DNA of 64,000 nucleotides, from NCBI GenBank assembly GCA_945897435.1, contig CAMDFJ010000002.1:6031-70030 (forward strand), read 5' to 3'. Shown here piece after piece: positions 41,212-51,587 of this stretch. A program made the position numbers and the translations under genes. This stretch comes from Candidatus Kuenenia stuttgartensis. GTDB lineage: Bacteria; Planctomycetota; Planctomycetia; Pirellulales; UBA1268. The notes under the pieces are model-generated. The model saw only the letters and a list, made by a program, of their open reading frames with translations, was not told the DNA's origin and searched no databases. Position 1 is the stretch's first letter. Every line of letters begins with the position of its first letter.

Positions 41212-42213
41212 CTATATCTGGTAGTCGGATTCCGGAGTCTGAACCTCGCCCCGCATCCGGAGCTTGGGGCGTTCGAGGACGACGGTGGTATGCGGATCGA
41301 TCGACCGCGTCAGCCAGACGTTGCTGCCGATCACCGAGTCGTGGCCGATCCTCGTGGCACCCCCGAGCACAGTGGCGTTGGCGTAGATCACGACCCGATC
41401 CTCGATCGTCGGGTGCCGCTTGGTGCCGCGGACGAGGTTGCCCTCACCGTCAGTCTGGAAGGAGAGGGCGCCGAGCGTGACACCCTGATAGAGCTTGACG
41501 TGTCTGCCAATCTCGCAAGTCTCTCCGATCACCACTCCGGTGCCGTGATCGATGAAGAAGTGATCGCCGATCGTGGCGCCAGGGTGGATGTCGATGCCGG
41601 TGTTTGCATGGGCCCATTCGGCCATCATCCGGGGGATGAGCGGCACTTCGAGACGGTGCAGGAGGTGGGCGAGACGGTGGATGGTCACGGCCTCCAGTCC
41701 CGGATAGCAGAAGATCACCTCATCGAGGGTTCGCACTGCCGGATCACCGTCGTAGGCGGCCTGTACGTCGGTCGCCAACACCCGCCGCAGCTCCGGAATC
41801 CGCTCCAGAAACTCGATCGCCTTTGCCTGTCCGAGGGCCTCGAAGTCGGCCTCATCGGTGCAGTGCTGTACAGCATCCGAAACTCCGGGGAGTTCGACTC
41901 CCTGCTCGGCCGCCGCCCGCTGGGCGGTGAGGCTGTGTCGCACGGCCCGACCTATCTGCGTGGTCAGTTTGTCGTGCAGCCCGTCGACGAGGTCACCCAC
42001 ATGGTAGGTGACGTTGCCCATGTGAAGATTTTCCCGCCTCCGGTAGCCGGGGTAGAGAATCTCCTTCAGGTCCTCGCAGGCGGCAATGATCGACTCGTAA
42101 TTCGGCAGCGGGCAGTGGCCGAGATAGTTGATCGTGGGGACGTCCTGATACGTCTCCACGATCCGCCTCGTGAGCTCGGGCAGCTGCTCCTTGAGTCGCA
42201 CGTCTGTGGACAT
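41212..42213 (-). CDS. cysE: serine O-acetyltransferase (EpsC-type, long N-terminal domain)
   Basis: Track ORF trimmed to ATG at 42213. Hexapeptide-repeat core [43 protein letters not shown]...[20 protein letters not shown]. Confidence 0.85.
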   Translation of the reverse strand: MSTDVRLKEQLPELTRRIVETYQDVPTINYLGHCPLPNYESIIAACEDLKEILYPGYRRRENLHMGNVTYHVGDLVDGLHDKLTTQIGRAVRHSLTAQRAAAEQGVELPGVSDAVQHCTDEADFEALGQAKAIEFLERIPELRRVLATDVQAAYDGDPAVRTLDEVIFCYPGLEAVTIHRLAHLLHRLEVPLIPRMMAEWAHANTGIDIHPGATIGDHFFIDHGTGVVIGETCEIGRHVKLYQGVTLGALSFQTDGEGNLVRGTKRHPTIEDRVVIYANATVLGGATRIGHDSVIGSNVWLTRSIDPHTTVVLERPKLRMRGEVQTPESDYQI

Positions 42214-42493
42214 ATTTCGCGATCGTACGAGTGGGACCGCGGGACCGGCAACAGCGCCGACGGTCAAAACCCGCAGGGTCAGAACCTGACACAGGCTACG
42301 GTCGGCCTGCCGAACGGCTGAAATTGAGGGATATTCCGGTTTTCCCAACAGATTCAGGCCGGCGCCGACGTCTCGGGAGTCGGGGCAGACTCTGCGGGCC
42401 GGCTCCCGGCCCCCCGGCCCGCAGCATGGGCACCCAGGACGGGCTGCCATGCCCCGAGATCCGGCGCTACTGGCAAGCGGAGGCCGGCCTCTG

Positions 42494-42521
42494 CCGGATG
42501 TGGGACAGGCTTCAGCCTGTC
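42494..42521. repeat. isolated inverted copy of the H4 palindromic element
   Basis: The plus strand CCGGATGTGGGACAGGCTTCAGCCTGTC matches the reverse complement of the 4528-4561 and 4653-4686 element (GACAGGC-NNNN-GCCTGTC followed by CCCACATC). Confidence 0.7.
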
Positions 42522-42551
42522 ATGCCCCAACTCGCCAAACCCGTTCGGGGG

Positions 42552-43277
42552 TCAGGCCGGCGATTCGCCGCAGGCTGCAATCGCATCCACCAGATTCAGG
42601 CCGCCGTCGTAGAGGGCGCGGCCGACGATGCAGCCCTCCGCGCCGATGCTCGCCACCTCGCGGAGGTCGCTGGCCGTGGCGATTCCCCCCGAGGCGACGA
42701 CCGGCAGCGGGGTGGCTGCGATCATCTCTTTCAGGGCAGGCAGATTCGGCCCCTGAAGCATGCCATCGGTGGCGATGTCGGTGTAGACGATCCCGGCGAG
42801 ATCGAGGTCGGCATGCCTTCGGGCCACCTCCACCGCGGCGAGGCGACTCGTCTCGAGCCAGCCGCGAACGGCGACCATTCCGTTGCGGGCGTCGAGCCCG
42901 AGCACGATCTGGCCGGGCAGGCCGGCAGCCAGTGCGACGAGGAGTTCGGGCTCTTCGATCGCGACGCTGCCGACGACGAGTCGGGCGACGCCCGCGGCCG
43001 CATAGGCCTGCGCCGTCTCGAGTCTGCGGATGCCGCCGCCCACCTGACAGGGCACTCCGGCGGCCGAGACCATCCGACCGATGAGTCCGGCCTGAACCGC
43101 GTCGCCAGCCTTGGCGCCGTCGAGATCGACGATGTGCAGCCGTCGCGCACCCTGATCCACGAAACGCCGGGCCATTGCCACGGGATCGTCGGAGAAGACC
43201 GTCTCGCGTGCGTAGTCGCCCTGTAGAAGCCGAACGCACCTGCCATCCCGAAGATCGATCGCCGGCCAGAGTTGCAT
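42552..43277 (-). CDS. hisA: 1-(5-phosphoribosyl)-5-[(5-phosphoribosylamino)methylideneamino]imidazole-4-carboxamide isomerase
   Basis: MQLWPAIDLRDGRCVRLLQGDY, LHIVDLDGAKAG, VQVGGGIR, ...ASGGIA... are HisA motifs. Follows hisH. Confidence 0.92.
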   Translation of the reverse strand: MQLWPAIDLRDGRCVRLLQGDYARETVFSDDPVAMARRFVDQGARRLHIVDLDGAKAGDAVQAGLIGRMVSAAGVPCQVGGGIRRLETAQAYAAAGVARLVVGSVAIEEPELLVALAAGLPGQIVLGLDARNGMVAVRGWLETSRLAAVEVARRHADLDLAGIVYTDIATDGMLQGPNLPALKEMIAATPLPVVASGGIATASDLREVASIGAEGCIVGRALYDGGLNLVDAIAACGESPA

Positions 43278-43291
43278 CGGGCGGTTCCTGG

Positions 43292-43894
43292 TTAGTTGAG
43301 AAACGCCTGTAGCAGCCGCATGCCGGCCGCCTGGCTCTTCTCGGGATGAAACTGGGTGGCGAACAGCCGGCCCCGACGCACAGCCGAGCAGAAGGGACCG
43401 CCATAGTCGGTCGTCGCAGCGATCACCGTCGGATCATCGGGACGGGCCAGATAGGCGTGGACGAAGTAGAAGTAGTCGCCGTCCGCCAGAAGATTTCCCG
43501 GGCCGGCATCGCCCTGCCAGGAGACGGTGTTCCATCCCATGTGGGGAACCTTCATGCCGGTCGGCAGGGAAAACCGCACGACCTCTCCCGGCAGTACGCC
43601 GAGTCCGGCCACGGGGCCGCCTTCGTGCCCAGTGGAGAAGAGGAGTTGCAGCCCCATGCAGATGCCGAAGAAGGGCTTGTCGGCCGCGATGTGCCCGAGG
43701 ATCGGCTCGATCAGGCCACGGGTTCGCAGCTCACGCATGGCGTCGGCGAACGCCCCGACACCAGGGAGCACGAGCCGATCCGCCCGGGCCACGGCTTCGG
43801 GATCGTCGCTGATCACGGCACTCGCGCCGATCCGCTCGAAGGCCTTTTGGACGCTGCGGAGATTGCCGCTGCCATAGTCGACGATCGTGACCAT
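43292..43894 (-). CDS. hisH: imidazole glycerol phosphate synthase, glutamine amidotransferase subunit
   Basis: Track ORF trimmed to ATG at 43894. MVTIVDYGSGNLRSVQKAFE, LPGVGAF, PFFGICMGLQLL (catalytic Cys), VPHMGWN, FATQFHPEKS. Confidence 0.92.
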   Translation of the reverse strand: MVTIVDYGSGNLRSVQKAFERIGASAVISDDPEAVARADRLVLPGVGAFADAMRELRTRGLIEPILGHIAADKPFFGICMGLQLLFSTGHEGGPVAGLGVLPGEVVRFSLPTGMKVPHMGWNTVSWQGDAGPGNLLADGDYFYFVHAYLARPDDPTVIAATTDYGGPFCSAVRRGRLFATQFHPEKSQAAGMRLLQAFLN

Positions 43895-43973
43895 GCCCCC
43901 GAGTGTAGATCGGCGGCCCGCAAAGACAACGAGCCCAGGTCCGGGCGCGGACAAACAGCCTGCCGTCGCCTGT

Positions 43974-44825
43974 TCAGGGCGCGGCGGGAGGATCTGCCAC
44001 CGGGCCGCCACCCGCACCGGCCGCCTCGGGATAGATGACAAACTCGATCCGCCGGTTGCGGGCCCGGCCCGCGGCCGTGGCGTTCGAGACCACCGGATGA
44101 TTGGGACCGTGGGCGACGAGAAACAGCTGCGACTGCTTGAGCGATGTCCTGTCGATGAAGAAGTCGAAGACCGCCGAGGCGCGGGCCGCGCTCAGCTGAT
44201 GGGGCGAACCCCATGATGCGTTGTGGAGCGGCTCGGTGTCGGTGTGCCCCTCGATACCGAGGAAGTGTCCGGGATAGACCCGCTCGACCTCCGTGGAGAC
44301 GAGCGTCAGGATCGCGGCGCCGCCGGGAAGGAGGTTCGCCGTGTCGCCTTCGAACAGGCGGTCGGCCGGGATCTCCACTCGCACCACGCTGCCGTCCGCC
44401 CGAACATCGGCATCGGGCAACGCCAGCCGGGCCATCGCGGCCTGCATGGCGGCCGGCGTCATCACGCCTGGAGCCGCCTGGACGACACCACTGGCCGCAG
44501 CGGGCGGTCCGGCCACCGAACGCGCGACGGCGAGCTGGGAGGATGTGCTCGCCAGCTGTTCCCGCAGAGCCGTGATCTCCTCCTGCATCAGCTGCGTCTC
44601 CTGCCTGCTGCGGGTCAGGCCCGCCTCAAGCTGGCGGGGGTCACTGTCGACAAACGACGGCTGCAGGTTCAGCGCCGGTGACGGAAGCGTGTGAGCCGGC
44701 GCTGCAACCCCCGGAGGAGGCTCGAGGCTGGTGGGGCCGGTGCTCGACGGCTTCCTGAAGGGATTCGCCGCGCAGCCGGCGGCGTTCATGACGCCGATCA
44801 CGATCAGAATGACGGGCAATCGCAT
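43974..44825 (-). CDS. OmpA/MotB-domain lipoprotein
   Basis: Track ORF trimmed to ATG at 44825 (MRLPVILIVIGVMNAAGC lipobox). C-terminal OmpA-like domain GHTDTEPL...LSAARASAVFDFF...GRARNRRIEFVI. Confidence 0.8.
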   Translation of the reverse strand: MRLPVILIVIGVMNAAGCAANPFRKPSSTGPTSLEPPPGVAAPAHTLPSPALNLQPSFVDSDPRQLEAGLTRSRQETQLMQEEITALREQLASTSSQLAVARSVAGPPAAASGVVQAAPGVMTPAAMQAAMARLALPDADVRADGSVVRVEIPADRLFEGDTANLLPGGAAILTLVSTEVERVYPGHFLGIEGHTDTEPLHNASWGSPHQLSAARASAVFDFFIDRTSLKQSQLFLVAHGPNHPVVSNATAAGRARNRRIEFVIYPEAAGAGGGPVADPPAAP

Positions 44826-44929
44826 GCGACGGTTCCGTTGCCGGCCGAGGGCGGGAGGGCCGGGATCGTAGGAAACGCCGGCAAGCCGGGCAATGCCGTC
44901 TGACGGCCGCGGAACCTGCCCATCGCAGG

Positions 44930-46054
44930 TCAGTCCGCGAAGACTCGATCCCGCACCATTCGCCAGAGAAACAGCGTGATGGCCGTGAGGATGACGACCG
45001 CCGCGACGACGGCCGCCAGTTGGGCAGGCTCCCCGAAGTGCACACCGGCCAGCCGCCACAACGGCAGCCAGCCGATGACCACGAGGACGGCGGCCAGGCA
45101 GAGGCTCGGACCGAATGGCAGTTCGCTTTCACGGTTTCGTGCGAGCTGATAGAGCCCATGAACAAGCCCGATGAACGCCGCCAGGAAAAACGTCAGCACG
45201 CAGGCCTGCCAGCCGAGCCATGCGCCAATCATCGACATCAGCGTGACATCGCCGAGCCCCATTGCCTCGCGGCCCAGGGCACGCGAGGCACCGGCTCGGG
45301 TGGCCCAGACAATCCCTCCCGAGACGAGCATTCCGATCAGCGCGGCCTGCAGGCCCAACAGCCGGTCCCCGCCTGCCATGAATGCGGTACCAATCGCCAG
45401 AAGCCCGACGACGAGGATCATATTTCGTGGCTCTTCGAGCCAGGTCCGGCGGCCCTGAGTCTCGAAGAATGGCGCCGTGCAGACGGTCCACCAGCAGGCG
45501 AAGGCCGACAGCGAAATCAGCAGGCCGGCGAGTGGAAACGCGGGCCAGATTCCGGGCCGCGCATGAAGGCCTCCGAATGGGCCAAGCACGTCGGCCTCGA
45601 GCAGCGGCCCGGCAAACGACCGTGGCACCTCGACCACCACCGGCAGGAGCCCATCCGGCCAGGCCCAGGCCCAGAGCAAACCCAACAGGGCCCCGGGGAC
45701 GGTGATCCAGTCGGGGATCAGCCGTTGCCGCATGTCGACCCAGCTGGCCGCGGCAAGAAACCAGAACAACAGCAGATGCCCGGCGGCGCGAATCCCGAGC
45801 GACAGCGTGGACACCTGGCCCGCGTCGACACCAGGTGACAGCTGACCCCGCAGCCACACCTCCCACCACCAGACCGCCACGGCGGCGGCCGCAGCGACAG
45901 CCTCGATAGACCGCGGCAGGAGGGTTTCCTCCGGGAGCGGTTCGCCGGTCGCCCTGAACCAGGCAGAGACGGCCCGCGTCAGCATCCGTCCGGCGACCAG
46001 CCCGGCGAGGGCGACGACTGGCAGGCACCACGGGCTCGCAAGCGACTCTTTCAC
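44930..46054 (-). CDS. A24-family prepilin peptidase
   Basis: Polytopic membrane protein with RLIPDWITVPG and AMGLGDVTLMSMIGAWLGW (GxGD aspartyl protease motif). The start is inferred at GTG 46054, which forms a GTGA overlap with the aroK stop. Confidence 0.75.
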   Translation of the reverse strand: MKESLASPWCLPVVALAGLVAGRMLTRAVSAWFRATGEPLPEETLLPRSIEAVAAAAAVAVWWWEVWLRGQLSPGVDAGQVSTLSLGIRAAGHLLLFWFLAAASWVDMRQRLIPDWITVPGALLGLLWAWAWPDGLLPVVVEVPRSFAGPLLEADVLGPFGGLHARPGIWPAFPLAGLLISLSAFACWWTVCTAPFFETQGRRTWLEEPRNMILVVGLLAIGTAFMAGGDRLLGLQAALIGMLVSGGIVWATRAGASRALGREAMGLGDVTLMSMIGAWLGWQACVLTFFLAAFIGLVHGLYQLARNRESELPFGPSLCLAAVLVVIGWLPLWRLAGVHFGEPAQLAAVVAAVVILTAITLFLWRMVRDRVFAD

Positions 46055-46608
46055 GACAGCCTCGTTTGGGAGCCATGGCCCGCGTCCCAGTCCACCAGCC
46101 AGGCCGCGAGACCGGCAACGAGTTCCTCGGGGGCCGCGTCTGCGGCGTCGATGCAGACGTCGGCACATTCTCGATAGAGCGGATCTCGTAGCAGGAGAGC
46201 CGGCTCGACCTCTGCCAGCGGATCGTCGCCGGCCAGAGCGGGCCGCCGGTCGCGGGTCGTGGGGTCGGCAGCCAGCCGGCCGCGAATCACCGCCGCCGGG
46301 GCCTTCAGCCAGACAACCGGCCGCCCCAGGGTCTTCAGCAACTGCCTGTTGCCGGCATCGAGCACAGCCCCGCCACCCGTGGCGATGACACCGTGAAAAT
46401 CCCGCAGGAGTTCCCCGAGCACTGCGGACTCCTCCGCGCGAAATGCCGCCTCACCCCGATCCCGTACGAGCGCCGCGATCGTGCGGCCGACTCGCTCCTC
46501 GAGCACCAGGTCGGCATCCCGCCAATCGCAGCCGAGAAGGTCGGCCAGACCCCTAGCGAGCGTCGACTTGCCGGTGCCGCGATACCCGATCAGCGTGAGT
46601 TTCGGCAT
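46051..46608 (-). CDS. aroK: shikimate kinase
   Basis: LIGYRGTGKSTLARGLA (P-loop), DADLVLEERVGRTIA, ...IATGGG... Confidence 0.9.
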   Translation of the reverse strand: MPKLTLIGYRGTGKSTLARGLADLLGCDWRDADLVLEERVGRTIAALVRDRGEAAFRAEESAVLGELLRDFHGVIATGGGAVLDAGNRQLLKTLGRPVVWLKAPAAVIRGRLAADPTTRDRRPALAGDDPLAEVEPALLLRDPLYRECADVCIDAADAAPEELVAGLAAWLVDWDAGHGSQTRLS

Positions 46609-46659
46609 GGCAGATCCCGTTCGGACTTTGGCAGGGAGAGGCTTGGATGCGACCCGCGG

Positions 46660-48162
46660 TCAGCCGGGTTCCTTGGCCGAGGCAGTGGCCCGCTTGAGGG
46701 CCTCCCGCATCACCTGCGGGGAAGGGTCGTTTCCTTGCCAGATGCGGAACTGGATCGTGGCCTGCCTGACGAACATCTCCACGCCCGTCACTGTTCGACA
46801 GCCGACAGTTCTCGCCTCCTTGATCAGAAGCGTGTTCTCAGGATTGTACACCGTGTCGAAGACCACCATGTAGGGCCGCAGATGCTCTCGATCGAACGGT
46901 GTCTCATCGACATTCGGATGCATGCCCACCGGAGTGGCGTTGACGACGCAGTCGTAGGGCATCCGGTGGCGGGCCGCCCAGTCAACCGCCTTGCAGCCGA
47001 CGTCGGATGCGATCCTGCGGGCCCTGTCGATCGTCCGCGCGGCCACGGTCACATCGACGCCACGCGTCCGGAGGCCGAAGGCCACGGCCCGGGCGGCTCC
47101 GCCGGCGCCGAGCACGATCGCCGACTTGACCCCGAGTCCGTCCGGCGTCTGCGGAGCGTCCTGTTCCCTGAGCGCCGCCGCCAGGCTTTCGACTGCGGCG
47201 GCTGCATCGGTGTTGTATGCGGCTGTCTGACCGTCGGGCAGGAATTGGAGCGTGTTCGCGGCGCCGATCGCCTTCACGAACTGGTCCTGCTGGGTCGCAT
47301 GCCCGAGCACCGACTCCTTGTGGGGAATGGTCACACTCAGGCCGGACAGCGGCCAGCGGGCGGCCGTGGAGAGAAACTCGTCGATCTGCTCGGCGGGCAC
47401 GCGAAACGGCAGGTAGACCGCATCGATACCGGCATCGTGCAGGGCGGCGTTGTGGACGGCCGGGCTGAGACTGTGGGCCACCGGATCGGCCACCACGCCG
47501 TAGATTCTCGTCGCCGGCGTGATCGAGTCGTAGCGGTAGACATCTCGCATCTGCCGCCAGCCGATCTGTCCGGGGGCGAGTACACGGTCGTCGTGAAAGG
47601 TGGCGAAGGTGAACGGACAGCCGAAACTGCCACCAAGGACCCGGGTCGGCAGTCCGATGTCGCCCATGCAGATCCCGACCGTGGGAATCCTGCTCGCCCG
47701 GACCATCTCCAGCATCCGCAGGCTGTCGTTCGGGTGATTCGCCATCGTGGCGATCTTGACGATGTCGGCGTCGAGCCCGGCCAGCCTGCGGTGCAGGGAG
47801 GCCAGATCTGGCGGGGTCTTGCGGAAGTCGTGGTGGCTGACGATCCGCTTCGTGGTGCCGTATCGCGGCACCTGCATCGCGATATCGTCCTCGAGGTCGA
47901 TGAAGTCGGCGGCTTCGACGATCGCCGTTCGGAGAACGAGCAGCCGCTCCTCCTCCGAACGCTCCCAGCGGCCCCCATCGGCGGCCCGCCGGCAGGTGAC
48001 GATCGCAGGGCAGGGCCGTTCCGCGAGCAGCCGCTTCACCTGTACGGCTCCCTGGATGTAATCGAGGCGGAGCTCGACGAGCCCGATCCCCTGTTCCGCC
48101 AGATGCTTGTGCTCGGCGATGACGTGCCTGTGCCGGCCCCGTCCGATACTGACGCAGATCAT
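46660..48162 (-). CDS. aroDE: bifunctional 3-dehydroquinate dehydratase (type I) / shikimate dehydrogenase
   Basis: The N-terminal AroD half has MICVSIGRGRH...LVELRLDY...HHDF...KIATMA. The AroE half has YGVVADPVAHSLSPAVHNAA...NTL...VLGAGGAARAV...NATPVGM. A single 500-aa ORF. Confidence 0.9.
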   Translation of the reverse strand: MICVSIGRGRHRHVIAEHKHLAEQGIGLVELRLDYIQGAVQVKRLLAERPCPAIVTCRRAADGGRWERSEEERLLVLRTAIVEAADFIDLEDDIAMQVPRYGTTKRIVSHHDFRKTPPDLASLHRRLAGLDADIVKIATMANHPNDSLRMLEMVRASRIPTVGICMGDIGLPTRVLGGSFGCPFTFATFHDDRVLAPGQIGWRQMRDVYRYDSITPATRIYGVVADPVAHSLSPAVHNAALHDAGIDAVYLPFRVPAEQIDEFLSTAARWPLSGLSVTIPHKESVLGHATQQDQFVKAIGAANTLQFLPDGQTAAYNTDAAAAVESLAAALREQDAPQTPDGLGVKSAIVLGAGGAARAVAFGLRTRGVDVTVAARTIDRARRIASDVGCKAVDWAARHRMPYDCVVNATPVGMHPNVDETPFDREHLRPYMVVFDTVYNPENTLLIKEARTVGCRTVTGVEMFVRQATIQFRIWQGNDPSPQVMREALKRATASAKEPG

Positions 48163-48207
48163 GTGGTGGCTTTCGGGTGCTGGTGGGATCTTTGGCCGGG
48201 ACGCCTG

Positions 48208-49974
48208 TCAGGTCCGACGAAACTGTCTGTCGAGTTCCTGCCGCGAGAATGTCAGCGACGTCGGCCGGCCGTGCGGGCAGTGGTGGGAGTCCCTCACCCT
48301 GCGCCGATCGCGGACCAGGGCGTCGACCTCTCCCTGCGAGAGCCGATCACCCGCTTTGATGGCCGCCTTGCAGGCCATTCCATGGAGCACCTCGTCGACG
48401 AGCATACCCGGCCCGGCGGCGTCGGCCGCCGCCGCAAGCCGGTCGATCACCTCCCGCACGAGAATTGCGGCCGAAGCGGCACCCGCGAGCACGGGTTTCG
48501 AGGTCACGATCACGGTCGTGCCGCCAAAGGGCTCCACCCGCATGCCGGCCTGGGAGAGCGCATCGCCGTGCTCCTGGACGATCTCCAGTTCAGCAGCTGA
48601 CAGCTCCAGTCGCTCGGGGATCAGAAGCGGCTGCACCTCGAGAGATCCGGCCGCGACCGCGGCCTTGAGTCCTTCGTAGAGCACCCGCTCGTGGAGCGCA
48701 TGCTGATCAATGACCTCGATCCCTTCGGTGCTCTCGACGACGATGTACCGGTCGTGCATCTGCACGGCCATCTCCCCGGTCGCCTCCTGCGGCTCCCAGG
48801 GAGGTCTGACGGTGGGGCTGCCGGCCTCGGTCTTTGCCGAACGATCCGGCGGGTCAGGCTGGATTTTCCAGCCGCCCGACCAGCCGGCCGCTGAACCCGG
48901 AGAAGGGAGTCGACCGGCAGCGGAATCGGAGGGAGCGACACTCCATGGCTGCTCGACCGCGGGTGGCAGCAGGGCTGCCCGCATGTCGCGGGCCAGAAAC
49001 GCGGACCGCAGTGCCGACAACACGATCCTGTAGAGTCGCGACGGCTCTCGAAAACGGACCTCCATCTTGGCCGGATGGACATTCACGTCGACCGCGTCTG
49101 GGGGCAGATTGAATTCCAGAAACACGATCGGCTGCCGGCCGGAAAGGAGCAGGCCGCGATAGGCCTCCTGCACGGCATGCAGGATCGGTCGGTCGCGGAA
49201 GGGCCGTCCGGACACGAACAGGTGCTGCAGCCGGGTGCTCGCCATGTCGTCATCGGGCCGGCCCACGAGACCGCCGACGGTGATCTCGCCGTCGCTGGCG
49301 TCGACTGCGAGCAGCCGGTCGGCCAGCTGTCGGCCATAGAGCCCGGCAATTCTGGCTCGCCAGTCGTCGGCTGCCGGCAGGTCGTGAACCAGGCGGCCGT
49401 TATGGGTGAGCGTCATCGCCACATCAGGGTGGGCAAGAGCGGTTCGGACGAAGGCCTCCGAGGCGTGCGACCATTCGGTCGATGCGGCCCTGAGAAAGGC
49501 CCGCCGCGCCGGCACATGGCCGAACAGCTGGTGCACCTCGACCGTGGTACCGACCGCGCATCCCGCCGGCGCGACCGCCCCCACACGTCCACCGTCCACC
49601 TCGATCGACGCCCCGGCGGCGGCCGCAGCCGTCCTCGAGCGGATCAGGAGCCGCGACACCTCTCCGATCGACGCCAACGCCTCCCCCCGAAAACCGAGGG
49701 TCGTGATCCGCTCGAGATCGTCGGCGGTGCGGAGCTTGCTGGTGGCGTGGGGAGAGACGGCCAGCGGAAGATCCTCGGCCTCGATCCCACCACCGTCGTC
49801 GACGATGCGGACGAGGGCGACGCCACCCTGTTCGAGCGACAGATCGATCCTGCTGGGCTTCGCGTCGAGCGCATTCTCGAGCAGCTCCTTGACGACGCTG
49901 GCCGGACGCTCGACCACCTCGCCGGCGGCGATCCGATTGACGACCGAAATTGGCAGTTGGTGGATGCGTCCCAT
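48208..49974 (-). CDS. mutL: DNA mismatch repair protein MutL
   Basis: Track ORF trimmed to ATG at 49974. IHQLPISVVNRIAAGEVVERPASVVKELLENALDA, GFRGEALASI, and C-terminal ...HGRPT.... Confidence 0.9.
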   Translation of the reverse strand: MGRIHQLPISVVNRIAAGEVVERPASVVKELLENALDAKPSRIDLSLEQGGVALVRIVDDGGGIEAEDLPLAVSPHATSKLRTADDLERITTLGFRGEALASIGEVSRLLIRSRTAAAAAGASIEVDGGRVGAVAPAGCAVGTTVEVHQLFGHVPARRAFLRAASTEWSHASEAFVRTALAHPDVAMTLTHNGRLVHDLPAADDWRARIAGLYGRQLADRLLAVDASDGEITVGGLVGRPDDDMASTRLQHLFVSGRPFRDRPILHAVQEAYRGLLLSGRQPIVFLEFNLPPDAVDVNVHPAKMEVRFREPSRLYRIVLSALRSAFLARDMRAALLPPAVEQPWSVAPSDSAAGRLPSPGSAAGWSGGWKIQPDPPDRSAKTEAGSPTVRPPWEPQEATGEMAVQMHDRYIVVESTEGIEVIDQHALHERVLYEGLKAAVAAGSLEVQPLLIPERLELSAAELEIVQEHGDALSQAGMRVEPFGGTTVIVTSKPVLAGAASAAILVREVIDRLAAAADAAGPGMLVDEVLHGMACKAAIKAGDRLSQGEVDALVRDRRRVRDSHHCPHGRPTSLTFSRQELDRQFRRT

Positions 49975-50073
49975 GATGCGGATCAGCGTCGGCGAAAAAC
50001 CACGTGCCAGCCGGTGTTGGGCTGGCTCTGAAACCAGCCTTTCCGAGCCCGATGGCACTTGATCCACGGCCTG

Positions 50074-51573
50074 CTAACTGAGCTGAAACTCCTTGATCTT
50101 CCGATACAGGGTTCGCTCGCCGATGCCGAGCAGTTCGGCGGCCTGTTCCCTGTTTCCACCGGTGAGCTTCAGGGTTTCGCCGATGAACAATCGCTCGACC
50201 TCCTCCAGGGGGCGGCCCACGAGCGCCGCCAGACCGCCCTGCATGTCGGCTGCCGGCAGGGGCGTCAACGGGGCGACGACCGGTTCGATTTCCAGCGGCA
50301 GATCGTCGACGTCGAGCATCTCGTCGCAGTCGACCACCACCATGCTCTCGATCACGTTTCGCAGTTGCCGCACATTGCCTGGCCAGTCGAAGGCGACGAG
50401 TTTCAGCCGGGCGGGCAGCGCCATGCCCTTGATCGTCTTGCCATGCCGTCGGGAAAACTGCTTCACGAAGTGGTCGATCAGCAGGGGGATGTCGGCCGCC
50501 CTTTCCTTGAGCGTCGGAATGGCGATCGTGACAACCTTCAGGCGGTGGTAGAGGTCGCTGCGGAATCCACCGGCCGCGATCGCCTCCTCGAGGTTGCGAT
50601 TCGTCGCCGAGAGAATCCGGACGTTGACGCGGACCGGCGTGTTCGAACCGACACGGGTGATTTCGCCCGATTCAAGCACCCGCAGGAGCTTGATCTGGGT
50701 CGCCAACGGCATGTCGCCGACCTCGTCGAGAAACAGCGTCCCGCCGTTGGCGTATTCGAATTTTCCGATGCGATCGCTCGAGGCGTCGGTGAACGCCCCG
50801 CGGACGTGGCCGAAGAGTTCACTTTCGAGGATGTTCTCACTCAGTGCGGCGCAGTTGAGGGCGACGAACGGCCGGCTCTTCCGCGGGCTGTTCTGATGGA
50901 TCGCCTGGGCGACGAGTTCCTTGCCGGTGCCGGTCTCCCCCTGAATCAGGACGGTGGCGTCGGTCGGCGCGATCCGCTTGAGACGTTCGATGAGCGACAG
51001 CATCTGCGGACTCGATCCGACGACACCCTCGAAGCCAAACTTCTCATCGAGTCGACGGTTGAGCTCAACGTTCTGCCGCCGCAGCCTGAGCCCTTCGGAG
51101 GCCTTCTCGACCGCCGCCCGAAGGTGCCCGAGATCGAGCGGTTTCTGCAGATAGGTGTAGGCTCCCTGCTGCATCGCCGCCACCGCCGAGGGCACCGTGC
51201 CGTGGCCGGTGACGACGATCACGTCCGTCTCTGGAGAGGCCTTCTTGGCACGGGCGAGGATTTCGAGGCCGCCGATGTCGTTCATCATCAGGTCGGTGAC
51301 CACGATGTCGAACGTGTCCTGCTCGATCTTGCGGGCCCCCTCTGCGCCGCTGCCGGCGACCACGCACTGATACCCAAGCCGTCCCAGCCCCTCGCCCATG
51401 GTGCGGGCGTGCACGATGTCGTTGTCAACAACGAGCACCCGCACGAGCCCCTGCGAGCCGGACTGGGCTGCGGGGGGCGGTTCGACTGGGCTCGGCGACC
51501 CGGATTCTCGTTGCGGCATGCCACCGATGGTACGAATCACCGCGGCACGCCGTCCAGTTCCTCGGAGGACCAT
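50074..51573 (-). CDS. sigma-54-dependent response regulator (NtrC family: receiver + AAA+ + Fis-type HTH)
   Basis: Receiver VLVVDNDIV...[21 protein letters not shown]+ region [47 protein letters not shown]-terminal [24 protein letters not shown]. Alternative start at ATG 51519. Confidence 0.9.
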   Translation of the reverse strand: MVLRGTGRRAAVIRTIGGMPQRESGSPSPVEPPPAAQSGSQGLVRVLVVDNDIVHARTMGEGLGRLGYQCVVAGSGAEGARKIEQDTFDIVVTDLMMNDIGGLEILARAKKASPETDVIVVTGHGTVPSAVAAMQQGAYTYLQKPLDLGHLRAAVEKASEGLRLRRQNVELNRRLDEKFGFEGVVGSSPQMLSLIERLKRIAPTDATVLIQGETGTGKELVAQAIHQNSPRKSRPFVALNCAALSENILESELFGHVRGAFTDASSDRIGKFEYANGGTLFLDEVGDMPLATQIKLLRVLESGEITRVGSNTPVRVNVRILSATNRNLEEAIAAGGFRSDLYHRLKVVTIAIPTLKERAADIPLLIDHFVKQFSRRHGKTIKGMALPARLKLVAFDWPGNVRQLRNVIESMVVVDCDEMLDVDDLPLEIEPVVAPLTPLPAADMQGGLAALVGRPLEEVERLFIGETLKLTGGNREQAAELLGIGERTLYRKIKEFQLS

Positions 51574-51587
51574 CGCCCCTGAGGGGA

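Noticed and set aside
42214-42493. Riboswitch or attenuator in the 338-nt region upstream of cysE/epsC.
   Set aside because: Apart from the REP-like palindrome at 42494-42521, I recognise no known sulfur- or SAM-related riboswitch consensus. It would need a covariance-model scan (Rfam) to settle.
46393-48600. Very long ORFs antisense to recognised genes. Examples are 46393..48600 (+, 735 aa), 52272..54620 (+, 782 aa), 57866..59155 (+), 50059..51582 (+), 10352..11638 (-), 1060..2127 (-), 36023..37198 (-) and 34011..34895 (-).
   Set aside because: Each lies opposite a gene with unmistakable conserved motifs (aroDE/aroK, pnp, aroC, the sigma-54 regulator, typA, the heme protein, atpD/atpG, atpA). 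Their translations are Arg/Gly/Pro/Asp-rich with no recognisable domains. They are the expected stop-poor shadow frames of a high-GC genome.
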